Positions 25,701 to 38,642 of a stretch of DNA of 64,000 nt are shown piece after piece. The position numbers were made by a program, and so were the translations under genes. This DNA is from Balanoglossus misakiensis (lineage: Eukaryota > Animalia > Hemichordata). Numbering within the stretch: position 1 is the first letter of the stretch; every line of letters begins with the position of its first letter. The stretch covers positions 8,418,254-8,482,253 of the forward strand of contig CM082583.2 in the NCBI GenBank assembly GCA_040954595.2, given 5' to 3'. Below the pieces are notes generated by a model. It was not told the DNA's origin and did not search any database. It saw only the letters and a list, made by a program, of their open reading frames with translations.

Positions 25701-26372
25701 GGTAAGTCGAAAAATTGTCATTTTTGGACGATTTTCATGGGCTATAACCCATGGTTTTTTCGAAAAAATGAAGAAATTTTGATATCTCGGAAAGTCGAAA
25801 AATTGTCATTTTTGGACGATTTTCATGGGCTATAACCCATGGTTTTTTCGAAAAAATGAAGAAATTTTGATATCTCGGAAAGTCGAAAAATTGTCATTTT
25901 GGACGATTTTCATGAGCTATAACCCATGGTTTTTTCGAAAAAATGAAGAAATTTTGATATCTCGGAAAGTCGAAAAATTGTCATTTTTGGACGATTTTCA
26001 TGGGCTATAACCCATGGTTTTTTCGAAAAAATGAAGAAATTTTGATATCTCGGAAAGTCGAAAAATTGTCATTTTTGGACGATTTTCATGGGCTATAACC
26101 CATGGTTTTTTCGAAAAAATGAAGAAATTTTGATGTCTCGGAAAGTCGAAAAATTGTCATTTTTGGACGATTTTCATGAGCTATAACCCATGGTTTTTTC
26201 GAAAAAATGAAGAAATTTTGATATCTCGGAAAGTCAAAAAAGTGTCATTTTTGGACGATTTTCATGAGCTATAACCCATGGTTTTTTCGAAAAAATGAAG
26301 AAATTTTGATATCTCGGAAAGTCGAAAAATTGTCATTTTTGGACGATTTTCATGAGCTATAACCCATGTTTT
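10763..26372. repeat. 88-bp satellite DNA array, ~177 head-to-tail copies, inside nAChR intron 2
   Basis: Consensus TTTTCATGGGCTATAACCCATGGTTTTTTCGAAAAAATGAAGAAATTTTGATATCTCGGAAAGTCGAAAAATTGTCATTTTTGGACGA; period 88; most copies 0-2 differences. Confidence 0.98.
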
Positions 26373-26922
26373 TTTGTCGGAAAACGGTCGATTTTTGACA
26401 ATTTTCATGAAAAACATTTTAATAAACGACAAAATCACAAAGATTTGCAATGTTTAGAAATTTTTATTTAGTACCAATTTCATTAGCTATAATCCATTAA
26501 AAATGACCGAAAACGACAAAAAATGGGAGTGAATAACTATTTATAACTTTTTTTTTACAAATGAACGTGTTAGACGACATTCGTATTTAGCTCGCAAACA
26601 CCGGATGTTCATTTATCGGAACGAAATGAGTTCGCGCCATCATGGAAATGAATGAGTCACCAAACGACTCCCAAGCGTCTTCTTCAGCATTGCGTAATTT
26701 CTAAAATGGCGTAAACATTTGGGTGTGAATATTATGTGATAGTTACGAATACATATCTGCAGCACATGTCAAGATTCTTGTTCAGATATAACCTTTCCAT
26801 CGGCTTCTGACATACACGTAACCGATAACCTCAGTATTTCCTCTAACTGAATTATGCAACACCAGCTAATAGAAAGAAGCTCATAACAAGGTATGGTGTT
26901 AAAGTATAAATAGGCATCTTAC

Positions 26923-27068
26923 CATATCTATTAACTGGATAGGATTCATCCGATGTTTTACAACGACTGCTGTACTTTCGTTTTTCACTGGACGTACCGG
27001 GTACTTTGGATAGTTGCCAAGAAGTGTCTCTACCAGGACTCTGCTAGCGTCGGATGAGATGACAAATC
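26923..27068 (-). CDS. nAChR alpha-type subunit, exon 2
   Basis: ttgcag|(G)FVISSDASRVLVETLLGNYPKYPVRPVKNESTAVVVKHRMNPIQLIDM|gtaag; LL.NY...RPV.N and QLID motifs; phase 0 into DEKNQ exon. Confidence 0.9.
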
Positions 27069-30000
27069 CTGCAAGTAAATGAAAATAAAATAAAGGATAC
27101 GTTCCGTACGTGGCTGATGGACCAGAGAATGTTAAACCAACCCGAGAAGAGCGAATTCATTTGTGACCTTGGTTTGATTAATACAGGAAAAAGAATGGTA
27201 TACCTGGCATGTTGATCAAGTGAAACTGACGACGATTTCGAATGTGTCTTTTTTAAAATTAAATTTGTTGACCCCAGTCTCAGACGTGTGCGTTTGGCAC
27301 AGTGCAATTACAGAATTCACATGGCAATTAAAGTAAGAGCGCACTGGAAACATCAGTTATGTATGACCGAACATCTTGAATATTTTTCTTCCGATTTCAG
27401 AGTTGAAAGCATTAGTGTCTCAATTTTGGCTTGATATTATGTAGAGATGTGTTGTGACAATATTATAATATGATCTCGTTCAATCTTTGCGTTTTACGAA
27501 TTTCATAGGAGATTTTCATCTCGTGTTTGGCCGCATGGCTATGTTTAATTAGTACATATGAACTGTCACCGTGCACCAATTCATGATTATTCACGTTTAC
27601 ATGGATATGAAATTTAAATTTGTAAATATGACGTGAAAGTGAGTCTTTTCTAATGCAACTCCATTCTCGTGCTATGCGTTTAGACAATGTGGAAAGTGTC
27701 AGAGGTAGTTTGAAATGGCCAACTTGATTAGTTTTCTCACCCTCACACGCCTTCAGAAAACTAAACTCCCACAACTCAGATTCACACTTCGGAATGTCTA
27801 TCAAACTTTACGGGACAATTGCGTCTTGATGACTCAATGTTTGAACTTTGAAACTGACGCCTGTATACTTCTATACTGTTAAGAACCATAATAAATATAT
27901 AACTACACTTGGGACCGATATCGTCAATGAGACAACACGTACTTTTTGTACGACCTGAAATTAGGTTCCCAGAATGCAATAAAAACAAGGTATCTCATTA
28001 ATTGACTTTTACGAGGAGATCATCAGCTTTTGAAGGGTCACTGTAAATTTCACGCAGTCACTGCTGTACGCCAAGTAGAACAACTGCTAAAATGCTGTTG
28101 ATTCTTAAGCATTGGGGAAATATGCTTCTTCAGAGTTTCTGCAACGTTTACGTCTGAACGAAAAGGCCTGGTTTTGAAGTTGAGACGCCTTCCTTACAAA
28201 GTATGGGAGTTGTTCGCACCTGCACCAGCCGTGGACCCAAATGAATGCTACGATCACTCTATGTCGGAAAAGTAAAATGGCTGAATATAAATCAATTTAA
28301 ATAATAAAACTGATAAAGAATAAAAAAAGGGGTCATCATTAGATGAATGTTCGAGTGTTTATATGTTTGCAATTAATCATGGTGAATCTCATGGCGCGGG
28401 TGATTCATATAGCCTGGGTTCTAATGACACACGTCCCTGACACTGTTTTGCCATTTGATTTCATTAGCCGACGACAGTTTTCTGTGCTTGTCCGCATTAT
28501 GGCGGGAAAAGGACAAACAAATTTTGCTCGGCCTTAATACAAATCAACATTCACCGCGCGTGGCCTCGCTATGAATTTGCTCTCCGAATTCAATAAACTA
28601 GAAATTCTACGAGATTTACGGAAATGGTTCTCCACCTCAGTACAATGTATGCGACGTGTTCTGCTCATATCAAAACTGTTGCAGTGTCTCTTTAAGTTTG
28701 AGTGACATATGAGTGGGTCGAGTTTAGAGTACGGCACGCGTCCCTTGATGTTTGAGAGCAGTCCTTCAACTTTGAAAGAATACATCGTTGTTGCTTTTCC
28801 TGAGAGAGATCCCGATTGAGTTGTCACTGTCCATTTATGTTCAAAAAAATAAAATTATAGGTTTGAATGACATATCCGGCGTCATTGGAAATTGGGTTTC
28901 TATGCGGTGCGTGCATAATTAATTAACTTTGCAGCAGCGAAGGTCATTCAACTTGAGTTTCAGACTTTTTTTGACATGCGCAGTTTCTACCTTCGCTTGT
29001 ACCTCATTGCGACACCGAATGAAATACAAAACGACGCAGGATGGAAACGTTGTTCGTAGTAGAATTTCAAGCACTCAAAATGTATAGATTTGCCACGATT
29101 GGCATGATTCAAAAAGATAAGAGGATGGTTCGTTCGCCAGGACACAACGATAACCACTGTTATTGTCTGGTAATTTATTTTCTTTGGATGTTTAATACCT
29201 GCATATACAGGGTAAACCTTTTCTAAACATTCTTGCACCGTTAGTCTGTCTGTGACAATTTCACATTAATGACACGGTTCACAAGAAAACATCCTGTCAT
29301 CTTTTGTGATCAATTACATGTGCATATTTGTAATTCAATTAATTGCTTCCTATCAACTCTAATAAGCAATACATCACCATGTTTTTTGCGTTTGTGTCGA
29401 TCAATAAACCCTCCGGCAATTCTGCAGCTGCCTAAAATAACCTTTCAGCGTTTACTTTAGTGCGGCTAAACTGCACCAGCTTCCGTTCAAAAGCTCGTCT
29501 TTACAGAGAACAATTGAATACAGACCAGGTACTGACACATGTGTCACGTATCCATTTATAGGCGCCTATATCACGAAAGTTGGTATTTATATCAATTATT
29601 GTTAGAGTGTGGAGTGGCAAACAATTTTATCACGAAAACCTACGATAAATTTCAAGTGGAGCTTCTCTCAAGGGCTTCGATGACACAGCTGCTGTCGTTC
29701 GCCGGTTATTTGCTTTCATTTCTTCGTTTCGTCATACGATCACAAGCGTGGTGAGATCGGCCGCGCCCAAAACGGAACCAACTCTTTTGTCTATATGCGC
29801 ATGCACGTTTATAAAAATATCCCTTGAATATACAATCACTCAAAAAATCGGAATATGTGTTTTCAGGTCACTTGCGTAGGGTTCACTTCGCGCTCGTACT
29901 ATTAAATATAGCAAAACGATTATTTTTTCAACCTGTGGCTTGTACGCGCAGTCTGCCAGTGAGCAGCTGTATACAGGAGTTCTCTTCGTTCATAACAAAA

Positions 30001-31724
30001 TACCCCATGCTAATTGAATATCTCAAATTGTTGTCATTTCAGAAATATATTCATGTTTGTCAGTGAAACTCGCGTACTGGAATTGCAAATCTGTCTCATG
30101 GTAATCACCCGCGTCATTTTTACCACGGATGACTTGGTACCTACAAAGCTGTTTGACATATATATTTCAATACATGATCATAAAAAACGTGTATCGATTG
30201 TAATAACTTTATCCGTCGGTTAATTATCATTGGCGCGTCATATTGCACAGGTGAATGTCCATGTGCCATCTGATCAAATTACATGTAATACCATGATTCA
30301 AAGTACATAATACTAGACTTTGAGAATGAAAGACACCACAGCAATAGCGGATTTTGAACACAAGCTTTCAAAGTTATGTTCGTGTTTTAAAAAATGGACA
30401 GATGTTTTGAAGGAGTACTGAAATCGACGGTTTCACGGTTATGTGGCTGCAGTCTCGGTGAGGTACAATTGTTGTTGTTTACGGTCAGACCCTCGTTATT
30501 CCCCGCCTGCCTGTACATTAATTGCCATTAAGATGACAATATGTGACAGACAAAGTCTTTATGCCACAATACCACCTGCAAAATTCAGTCATGTCCAGGT
30601 ATAGCTACTGTCAACTTGTATTTTACATACTTAGCCACGTATATCGCACGTATTTTTCTTGCATTTATCCAAACTTTCTCCAAGCTACACTACATTGACC
30701 GCTGTCACAACCATGCGTGCAACAGCATAAACCGAATTTGTTATACAGACATATTATGCTTACTGTGAGCACCATTCTGCAGTAAACCTCACCAGGAACA
30801 AGTAATATGGGAATTACAAATGTAGTTATCGCAGAGTCAAAGTTCATTTACCTGCACAATCATTTATTCACCAAGGGGCCGCATTATTCAAGAGACACTG
30901 CCTCTAAACATAGAAGTGGGAGTTAAATTACCAACTGAAAGCAGGTAGGTACTGACAGGTCGTCTCTCCCCAGTTATTTTGATTTTGACATGATTCATTA
31001 CGACCGCAGTATTTTGTGGGCTAACACCCGATTATTTAAAAAAAAGTGTCGGCAGAAACAAGCAAAAAATTGCCTGTATATAGTGCCTTGGCGCAGTTGA
31101 TGTCATTACCGTGTGTCTTAGATGGTGAATAACGATAGTACTACATACAACTTAGACTGGTATATGTATTCCTGAATGAAGGCGATAGTGGTGATGCAGT
31201 TAACGTAGAAAAAGACATCGACAGGACCACAGCTAGCTACTGCAGCAGTCATCAGTGTACTGTCACCCATATATAAGCACACTGGTCACAGCGATAATGA
31301 AGTACACAGAGCTTTACACAGGTGACATAGTATGATGTCGGACTGAAGATCACGATGGCAATATTTCTGACAACACTTACTTTTTGTACCAAGCTCGATT
31401 TTAATCGACCCTCTCTCTACGTGTCAACAGAGGATTGGGGACAAATTAGGTTGGCGTGACACTAATCGCTATCCCGACAGTGCCATCAAAAGCCCGAGAC
31501 AAAAATAGTTGTCAGTACGAAACTACATTAAAAGTGGGTTTCAGATGCTCGCGGCATTTCACGATCAACTGACCTCGAAATTCACTACGGATTATTTGAA
31601 GATGATATTTTCTCACAAATTGTGATCTTAAACTGTAGTCACCATGGCTAATGATGATTCAGCGAAATGTGCACAGCCGATTAGAAACCATTGAAATTCT
31701 GAATGAAATCTGTTCACAACTCAC

Positions 31725-31785
31725 CGGTTCGCTGGAGAAGCATCCCACAAATGCACAGCGCTTTAACTAGCAGTGACGTTCCCAT
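31725..31785 (-). CDS. nAChR alpha-type subunit, exon 1 (signal peptide)
   Basis: ATG..MGTSLLVKALCICGMLLQRT G|gtgagt; phase 1 matches exon 2; total CDS 1416 nt = 471 aa + stop. Confidence 0.75.
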
Positions 31786-34700
31786 GATGTCTCAACGATT
31801 ACTGGCGAGGTAAATGAAGCACTTTCTTTATCAGCCAAGCTAGGGAGTCAAGTTTATGCACGGGGTCTTCGTCCTATAATCTCTCCCAGAAACTGCTGGT
31901 TTGAGACGAACCTGCGTGGGCCGGTTGAACCGAGAAAACGCCACATCTGGTCTAACATGGAGTGACCGTGATATAATGTATGCAATCCATCGGCAAACAA
32001 ACAACACTACAGGGCGTGACCGCGTCAGAAGTATTTTTTCTCGATTAATTTACCGCTAAAATTAGATCGTATAGCGTGTTTAGGCGGTATTACTAATCCG
32101 TAGTTGTACAGTTTGAGGTTGTCAATTACGTATTTTATGCGCATGTGCCAGCCCCGTTTACATATTTCTGCCTGTGTGCTAATGATTTCAACCGGCAGAG
32201 ACATACAATTTGTTAACTGGAAGATTACATTATCCACGGGCAAAATACGTCTTTCTAGACAAAATAAACCCGTCTATTCAAATCATTGAACAAAATGCAA
32301 TGTATTAGGATGCTCAATCCATTTAACTCGTGAACACTGTGGCTAGTTTGGATTTAATACAAAGTAAAAGTAAAATGTCCTGATAATGTAATCATTTAGC
32401 ATTGACGGAGCTTTTAACAATACATTTGCAATTATTTTTGATGTCCCATGTAATCCAGACAAACATCTCTGGACGTAATGCAGATCATATGAATTCAAGG
32501 ACGCGTTAAATTATTTCAGTTTCCCACGCAATTACACTCTGGGGAGGAAGCTGACGGTGATGTCTTCTGGCTTCGACAACATGCAAGTGTGATTCAATAG
32601 ACCACTGTCCGAACTCCGCGAGACCGTGCGAGATCTCGTGTGGCTGGGCAGTTTGTGTGGGAGGACATTCTCACGTGACACGAGAAAAACAACACATGGC
32701 CTATCGTGGTGAACAGCACAGAAGTTACATTTTTTGTTAAATTCTGCACCTATTCTAGTTCCACACAAAGCGTGACTTGGCTTGCTGCCCATTACTATGG
32801 TAATTAACTTGAACCAAGTCTCACGGGATCTCGTAATGAGCGGAAACTAATTTTTTGAGATTTTAGGAGAAAGGGTAATAATCCTATAGAACTATAGTAA
32901 TAAAAGAATTAGATTGTTGAAATCGGCATTAAATTTTTATAACTAACAGAATAAACAAGAAAAATTTATTCTTTAAATTCCTAGATTAACTGGCGTTATA
33001 TACACAAACTAAGCAGTCAATTAACATTAAGAAGTGGTTGAATAGCGGTGATTTACAGGTCAAGAAATTCTGACGTGATATTACTATGCGTATGACAGTC
33101 ATCAGCAAGCAAAAGTATGCACGGTAAATAAATGAAAAACATAATCATCAAAGAGCAGAAATAGAGAAATAAGTAAAGTTCTATCTATGACCTGTGTACA
33201 GTAATACAAACCAAAATACAAGCTGTCTAAGAAAATGTGCACCAGTCCTTGTGTAGTGGTCACAGCGTCCTCCCAAAAGTCTATTTAAAGTTTTGAAATG
33301 TTATCGTTTTGACGTGTGTGGGCGATATTTTACCAGCAATCTTCCCGCATCATGACGTGACACATGTACCTTGTTATCATGGCGATGGTGACGCGTGTAC
33401 GTCACTCCTTTCATCCACCCAGGCCTCGGAAGCCCAACGCAATCACGACCAGCGTTCACCGAAGTGTTAGCGAGCACTGAGGTACATGATTGATAGCGTC
33501 GGAAGTGTTAATATTGCCATGGTGATCTGTGGGAATAAACCTCACGACTCGCGAGTGTTGTTGCCCGTCGGATTGTGTTATCAGTGAGCTCTATAACATA
33601 CAAATCCTTAAAATATTTAAACGTACGAGGAGACTGTGGCCACGAAAATTACTGATTCTTTTCATAGTCATTTTCTTTTCTTGTATAAACTCCTCGGATT
33701 TGGGTTAATGGTGATAGACTCGGCTTGCGGGAAAATGTTCCAGAAGGTGTAAGATATTTTTCAATTAAATCCTGTATTAGAGGTCAGGTGATTTCGATTT
33801 TGCATACCGCATATCACAATGCACCACGACTGAAGAAGGTGACAAAAGAAAAGCTTTGTCAAATGACATAAAGGAAACACTATGTCAATGTCCTTCAGTT
33901 TTTAAGGGCCTGTTCAGATATTGCGAAGTGCATATATGTTATGTACACGACAAAGTTAGCAGCTGAAAAAGGAAATTGGTGTTTTGGAAGTCTTTGTCAA
34001 ACTCGCCATATTTAGCTATTTTTTTAAAGACGAAAGGGATCTTGTAGTAAATGATGAGGGCGTTATTCGTGAGAATTCTCGGCCTGGGCATAAACTGGTG
34101 TCACGGTTTGCGTTGCCGCAAAATGGCTAATTAATTCATTGATTGGGGAATCTTTCTGTTGGGCGTAATATTTGCAAGGCTAGAAATCGATGTCAACGTG
34201 TCATATATCGTCCTAAATTTTTTAGAGCAATTTGTACGTTGGGAGCATATTTTGGGGAAGCACTTCAGTTCCCGGCGCGAATCACACTCGTGTGTGGAGT
34301 GACTGCGCGAATCTACGACGTGTTGGGCATGTCGAGTGGGTTTATAACTCCCATCCCGCTGACACCTTGGCAGTGACGTCACGTGAGACGGGCCAAATTC
34401 CGAGGCACAGTCTCGAAGTGCCAAAACGTCCAACTCAATTGTCCTTCACAAAGTCCGACACGTACACGTGAGATCTGATTCTGTCAAAATATCCGACGCA
34501 CCGCGCGCGGTAACGTGAGGAAAGAGTCAGAAAAACTCTAGTTGACATTTTATAGATATACTGTCATCACTGGTGATCTAGAGGTTTTGTTATTAAAATG
34601 CCCTAGGGAGACCACCACAGATGGAAATAATAGTACGCCTGTTCTACGTCATCAGCCGGGAGTGTTTGCACCGACTCGCTCCAATTAAGATCGATCCGAG

Positions 34701-37700
34701 GACTATGGAAAACAGAATACAGGTATTTATAGAAATGAAATGGTCGCGGGGGGGGGAGAATCCTCACATGGTGTGGGGCTTTCATAACGACGCGTTAGAC
34801 AGCGCTGGAAAGAAACTCCTCAATATTTTGCCGCTTGTCGGTGACATTCAGCGCATGCAGCGTGACGACTGGGTGAGAGTGTGGGATCGATTTGTTCTCA
34901 CACACTCTGATCCCGCATCCCTTAGCTTGCCAGGAGTGTGAAAACTCTACATATCCGCTCATCGACATGCGTGAAGGGCGGAAACACGACGCAGTCAAGC
35001 AAGAGAAGATCCGAGATTCTGTCAAGGAGATCGTTTGTAGTTCTTCGGAAGCAGCGATCCACTCGTGTTTCTGTTGGTGCTGTCTTGACGACGCGGCAAG
35101 ATCCTTGTAAATGTAATAAACCATTGAAAATGGCATGAATATAGCTTCGGATTAAAGACTTCTGACATGTTCTTGCACAGTCATGAAACATTAAAATGAT
35201 TTTCTCTCATCCCCTGGTTTGTATAGATCATGATACCCCTCCCCACAAAGCATATATTAGACTGTATCATCGTTTTCGCGCAATTATGGGTGGCTAGTAT
35301 TTTGTACATGACGATACATTGTGAAAAAAATAAGATCACGAAAATGTCAATGCAGATTTAAACAATTTATATGTTTCTGGATATCTTGCATTTCCGATTG
35401 TGTTCAGGATAAGGCCCTGGGTTCTTAGGTTATTTGGGAATATAATTGGGGGGGGGGAGGGGTAGTACGCTAGTGCATACTGATTCAGAAGCTCGACTTT
35501 CATATCAGAGATTGTATTTGTCGTGGTAGTAGGCCCTACGTGTTTTAGATCCACCTTGTTTATTCGGGTGTATTTCAAGGATAAGTTGCATTTGACAGCA
35601 TGAGTCGTTCATTACGTTTCATTCAATCAATTGTACGATGACACCGACATGCGGCGACTACATATTCTGAGGACACCCGTATCTTTTTTCCGGTTGTTAT
35701 GGGCTTTTGTATACGACAGTATACACTCTGTTTTGGACGAAACCGCTTTTTTTCCAACTGACAGCGTGACAACGTCGTGTGATTCATGTGATGTGGCGAC
35801 ACATGATGATCCTGTTGAGAAGATGGCTAAACGCAGCAGGGAAGGCGGGGATGAGTAGCTGTACATCCATGACTGATAAAAAAACCTATAAAGTCACAAG
35901 TGTGGAAAATCGAACGACGTCAAGATTGTGCGTTGGCAAGAATAATTTGAGTGGACGGACTTCGAATGTGGTGTACATGTCGTCGCGAAGGAGAAATCAG
36001 AATACGATAGAATGACGTCCCAACAATTATATAAAGAAAACAAAAACAAAATGCAGCAATTTAGACTCGCAAAAAAGTACGGGCGCCCATCTTATCTCAG
36101 TAGTAACAATGCTGAGAGAATTCACCTTTCAAGAAAAGTGCCGTCACGCTGATAATGTCTGACTGGCAATGCTGTCAAATATTCAGACACCTGTAGTGAA
36201 ATTGCCTTAAAGCTGGGAGAATACCTCTTTCAAAAACGCCTACCTCTATACCCATACAAGTTGTTGTACTCGATACTCCAGCAGTTTTGGGTAGCGAATA
36301 ATAATTCTAGGGTTTATTTTCCGAATGTACATTTAAAAGTCGGTTAAAATGTGATTTTTATACTGTAAACAATATGACAAATAAATTCGATAAAACTAAA
36401 GTCTAACAATAACGGTCACCTGCAAAAAAGTACAGCAAACTATCTCATTTATCAGAGAGCGAGCAGTCTCTCCCTTTCAAGTTTTAACCAGACTCATATC
36501 ATTAAAAGACACCATTAGTTAGTACGTGCCATAGTCCAATCTTTCCTTGCAGTCTACTCAGCATGCGTGCATTATATGTGCTCCCTTGTTATAGCATACT
36601 GTGTAAATCAGCATTAAATTGTCACAAAACGATGTATTTTGATATGATGCTGTTGTGAGGTCACTGAACTATGTGTAGCTTTTTACATTATTTCGGGACA
36701 TTATTTTGGATATAATTTGGATATCGGTATGCCTTTATACTTAATAAAATCAAGACTAACGACATGGTTAGTATGACAATATTTAATACATAACAAAATG
36801 TAGTATATATATATGCTTTGTTTCCAACAAAGTGCATGGTGAAAATCTGAAAAAAGTGATTAAAATGAATTTATTTAGGTCGGAAATGGGCTCAGTTTGT
36901 TGGGTGTGCTCCCCTCATTAGTACAATGAGTTATATGTGACGTAATCAATTTATGTGTTATAAATGTTACAATACAGAATTTATATCGAAATGTTACAGG
37001 CTTGATAACCTGCCATGGCATTCAATCGTTTAAAAAAAAAATTTTTTCATGTATACATGTAGTTTAATGAGACATGGAACTGTGCAAGCAAACGTACTAC
37101 ATGTACTAACAAAAGAAACTGTTGTGGCTTGTTACAGAATAGTAAACCATGTATCAAATTAAACAAGATGGAAAATATCGCTATAAAACTACATTCAATT
37201 GAATAATTATGAATTTAATATCACATCCAGTGCGATGAAGCTACTCCTTAGTTTTCACCGTATATAAGTTTCCAGATGAGAACGTATTGTATTACAATTT
37301 TGGCGCTTATTATCATGTCAGGTATGTCCACAGTGACCGTTAACGGAAAGGGGACGGACGAATTGTGGTGTCTGGGTTTTGCGAATCGAAAGTGCGCCGC
37401 TTTCCCGGTCCACCAATCTTTGACTATACGTAGCATTTTGTCATTTTTCAGTTTGTTTCTTGGAGCTGGCAATTTCTTGCCTGAAAAGGCAAATGAATGA
37501 TTATTTTCAATATTGATTGCTTATGTCGAATTTCTTTCTCCTCAAATACATAATCGTGAACGGAGATGAAAACTGGAAAAACAAAATATCGCGTGAGATA
37601 TAGTGAGCGAAATTATACGTTCCACAAGTGGTAGGATCACGCACACCCCCCCCCCCCCGTCTGAATACTCAAGAGAGCCCGTGTGTTTGGGCGAAGCAAG

Positions 37701-38196
37701 GTTGCCTTATGCGTCACACGGGAACTCTTTTCCCAAGTGTGCTCACGACTGGACCACAGTTGTTATTCAGTCTACTCCTAATTGGGTGCAATTTGTGCAT
37801 ACCGGTTCTCTCAATGGTCCCTGTCAGATTCGTTCACGATCAAACGTTAATTTTGAATCGGATAATGATCACATGAATGTTCATTGATCAATAGACTAAA
37901 AAGGTGCATGGTACCCGCATGTACGCAGTCAGTCGATTTGTCTGATCTACATGACAGCCAGCTAAGAAACAAATTCCCTCGGGCAATTTAGCAGCACCCC
38001 GGCAAGGACATACAGCAAAATTTGTAAAGCGCCCCGGTGATGATTTATGGACGGATCACGTGACGTGTGTTATCAACAATTCCCCGAAAGCTATCGACTG
38101 CTGTTTCTTGTCTGAAACCACCTAAGCGCGATGAATTGTTTGGCACGTGTATTTAGCTTATGCAAACAGCCTAGCCTGTACCGTGTGTTCAGTCAG

Positions 38197-38233
38197 TGTC
38201 GTCGTCGTCGTCGTCGTTGTTGTTGTTGTTGTC
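38197..38233. repeat. (GTC)n(GTT)n compound trinucleotide microsatellite
   Basis: Directly visible. Confidence 0.85.
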
Positions 38234-38642
38234 AGGTCCGGTGGGCTTGAATTAACATTCATAAAGTCAACCAAAAAAAGGGGTTATCAGATATCGACAA
38301 AGTATGTCGACAGACAGATACAAGTACAGAGAGATACAGTTTTTGATCATTAGATCAAGAAACTGTAGTTGTTAGACTGATCAAAATGAAAGCTTTGACA
38401 TACAATCAAAAACACACCGAACACTGAAGCAATCAGATTAAAATTGTCAAGTTATTGTCAATGACATAGTCCTCGCTGGATCAACGAGACCCCGACAATC
38501 TGGTTGTCTAGCAGGTCCGACTAGTGCCTTTCGAATTGAACAAACCTCTCTCTCTGCCCCGCCCAATATACATGTAATTATACCACACAAGATAGGTGTG
38601 CATCCGGCGAAACTTTACGGCTCGTCCCAACTGTAGATATCT

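Noticed and set aside
10763-26372. CRISPR array or coding repeat (ORFs such as MGYNPWFFRKNEEILISRK)
   Set aside because: Contiguous monomers with no unique spacers and no cas genes; eukaryotic context; 88 is not a multiple of 3, so the ORFs are by-products of the repeat and its indels
34131-34433. Thyroglobulin type-1-like motif LPRCQRDGSYKP on the minus strand
   Set aside because: Lacks the following QC and CWCV motifs and supporting splice sites; the opposite strand looks more coding-like
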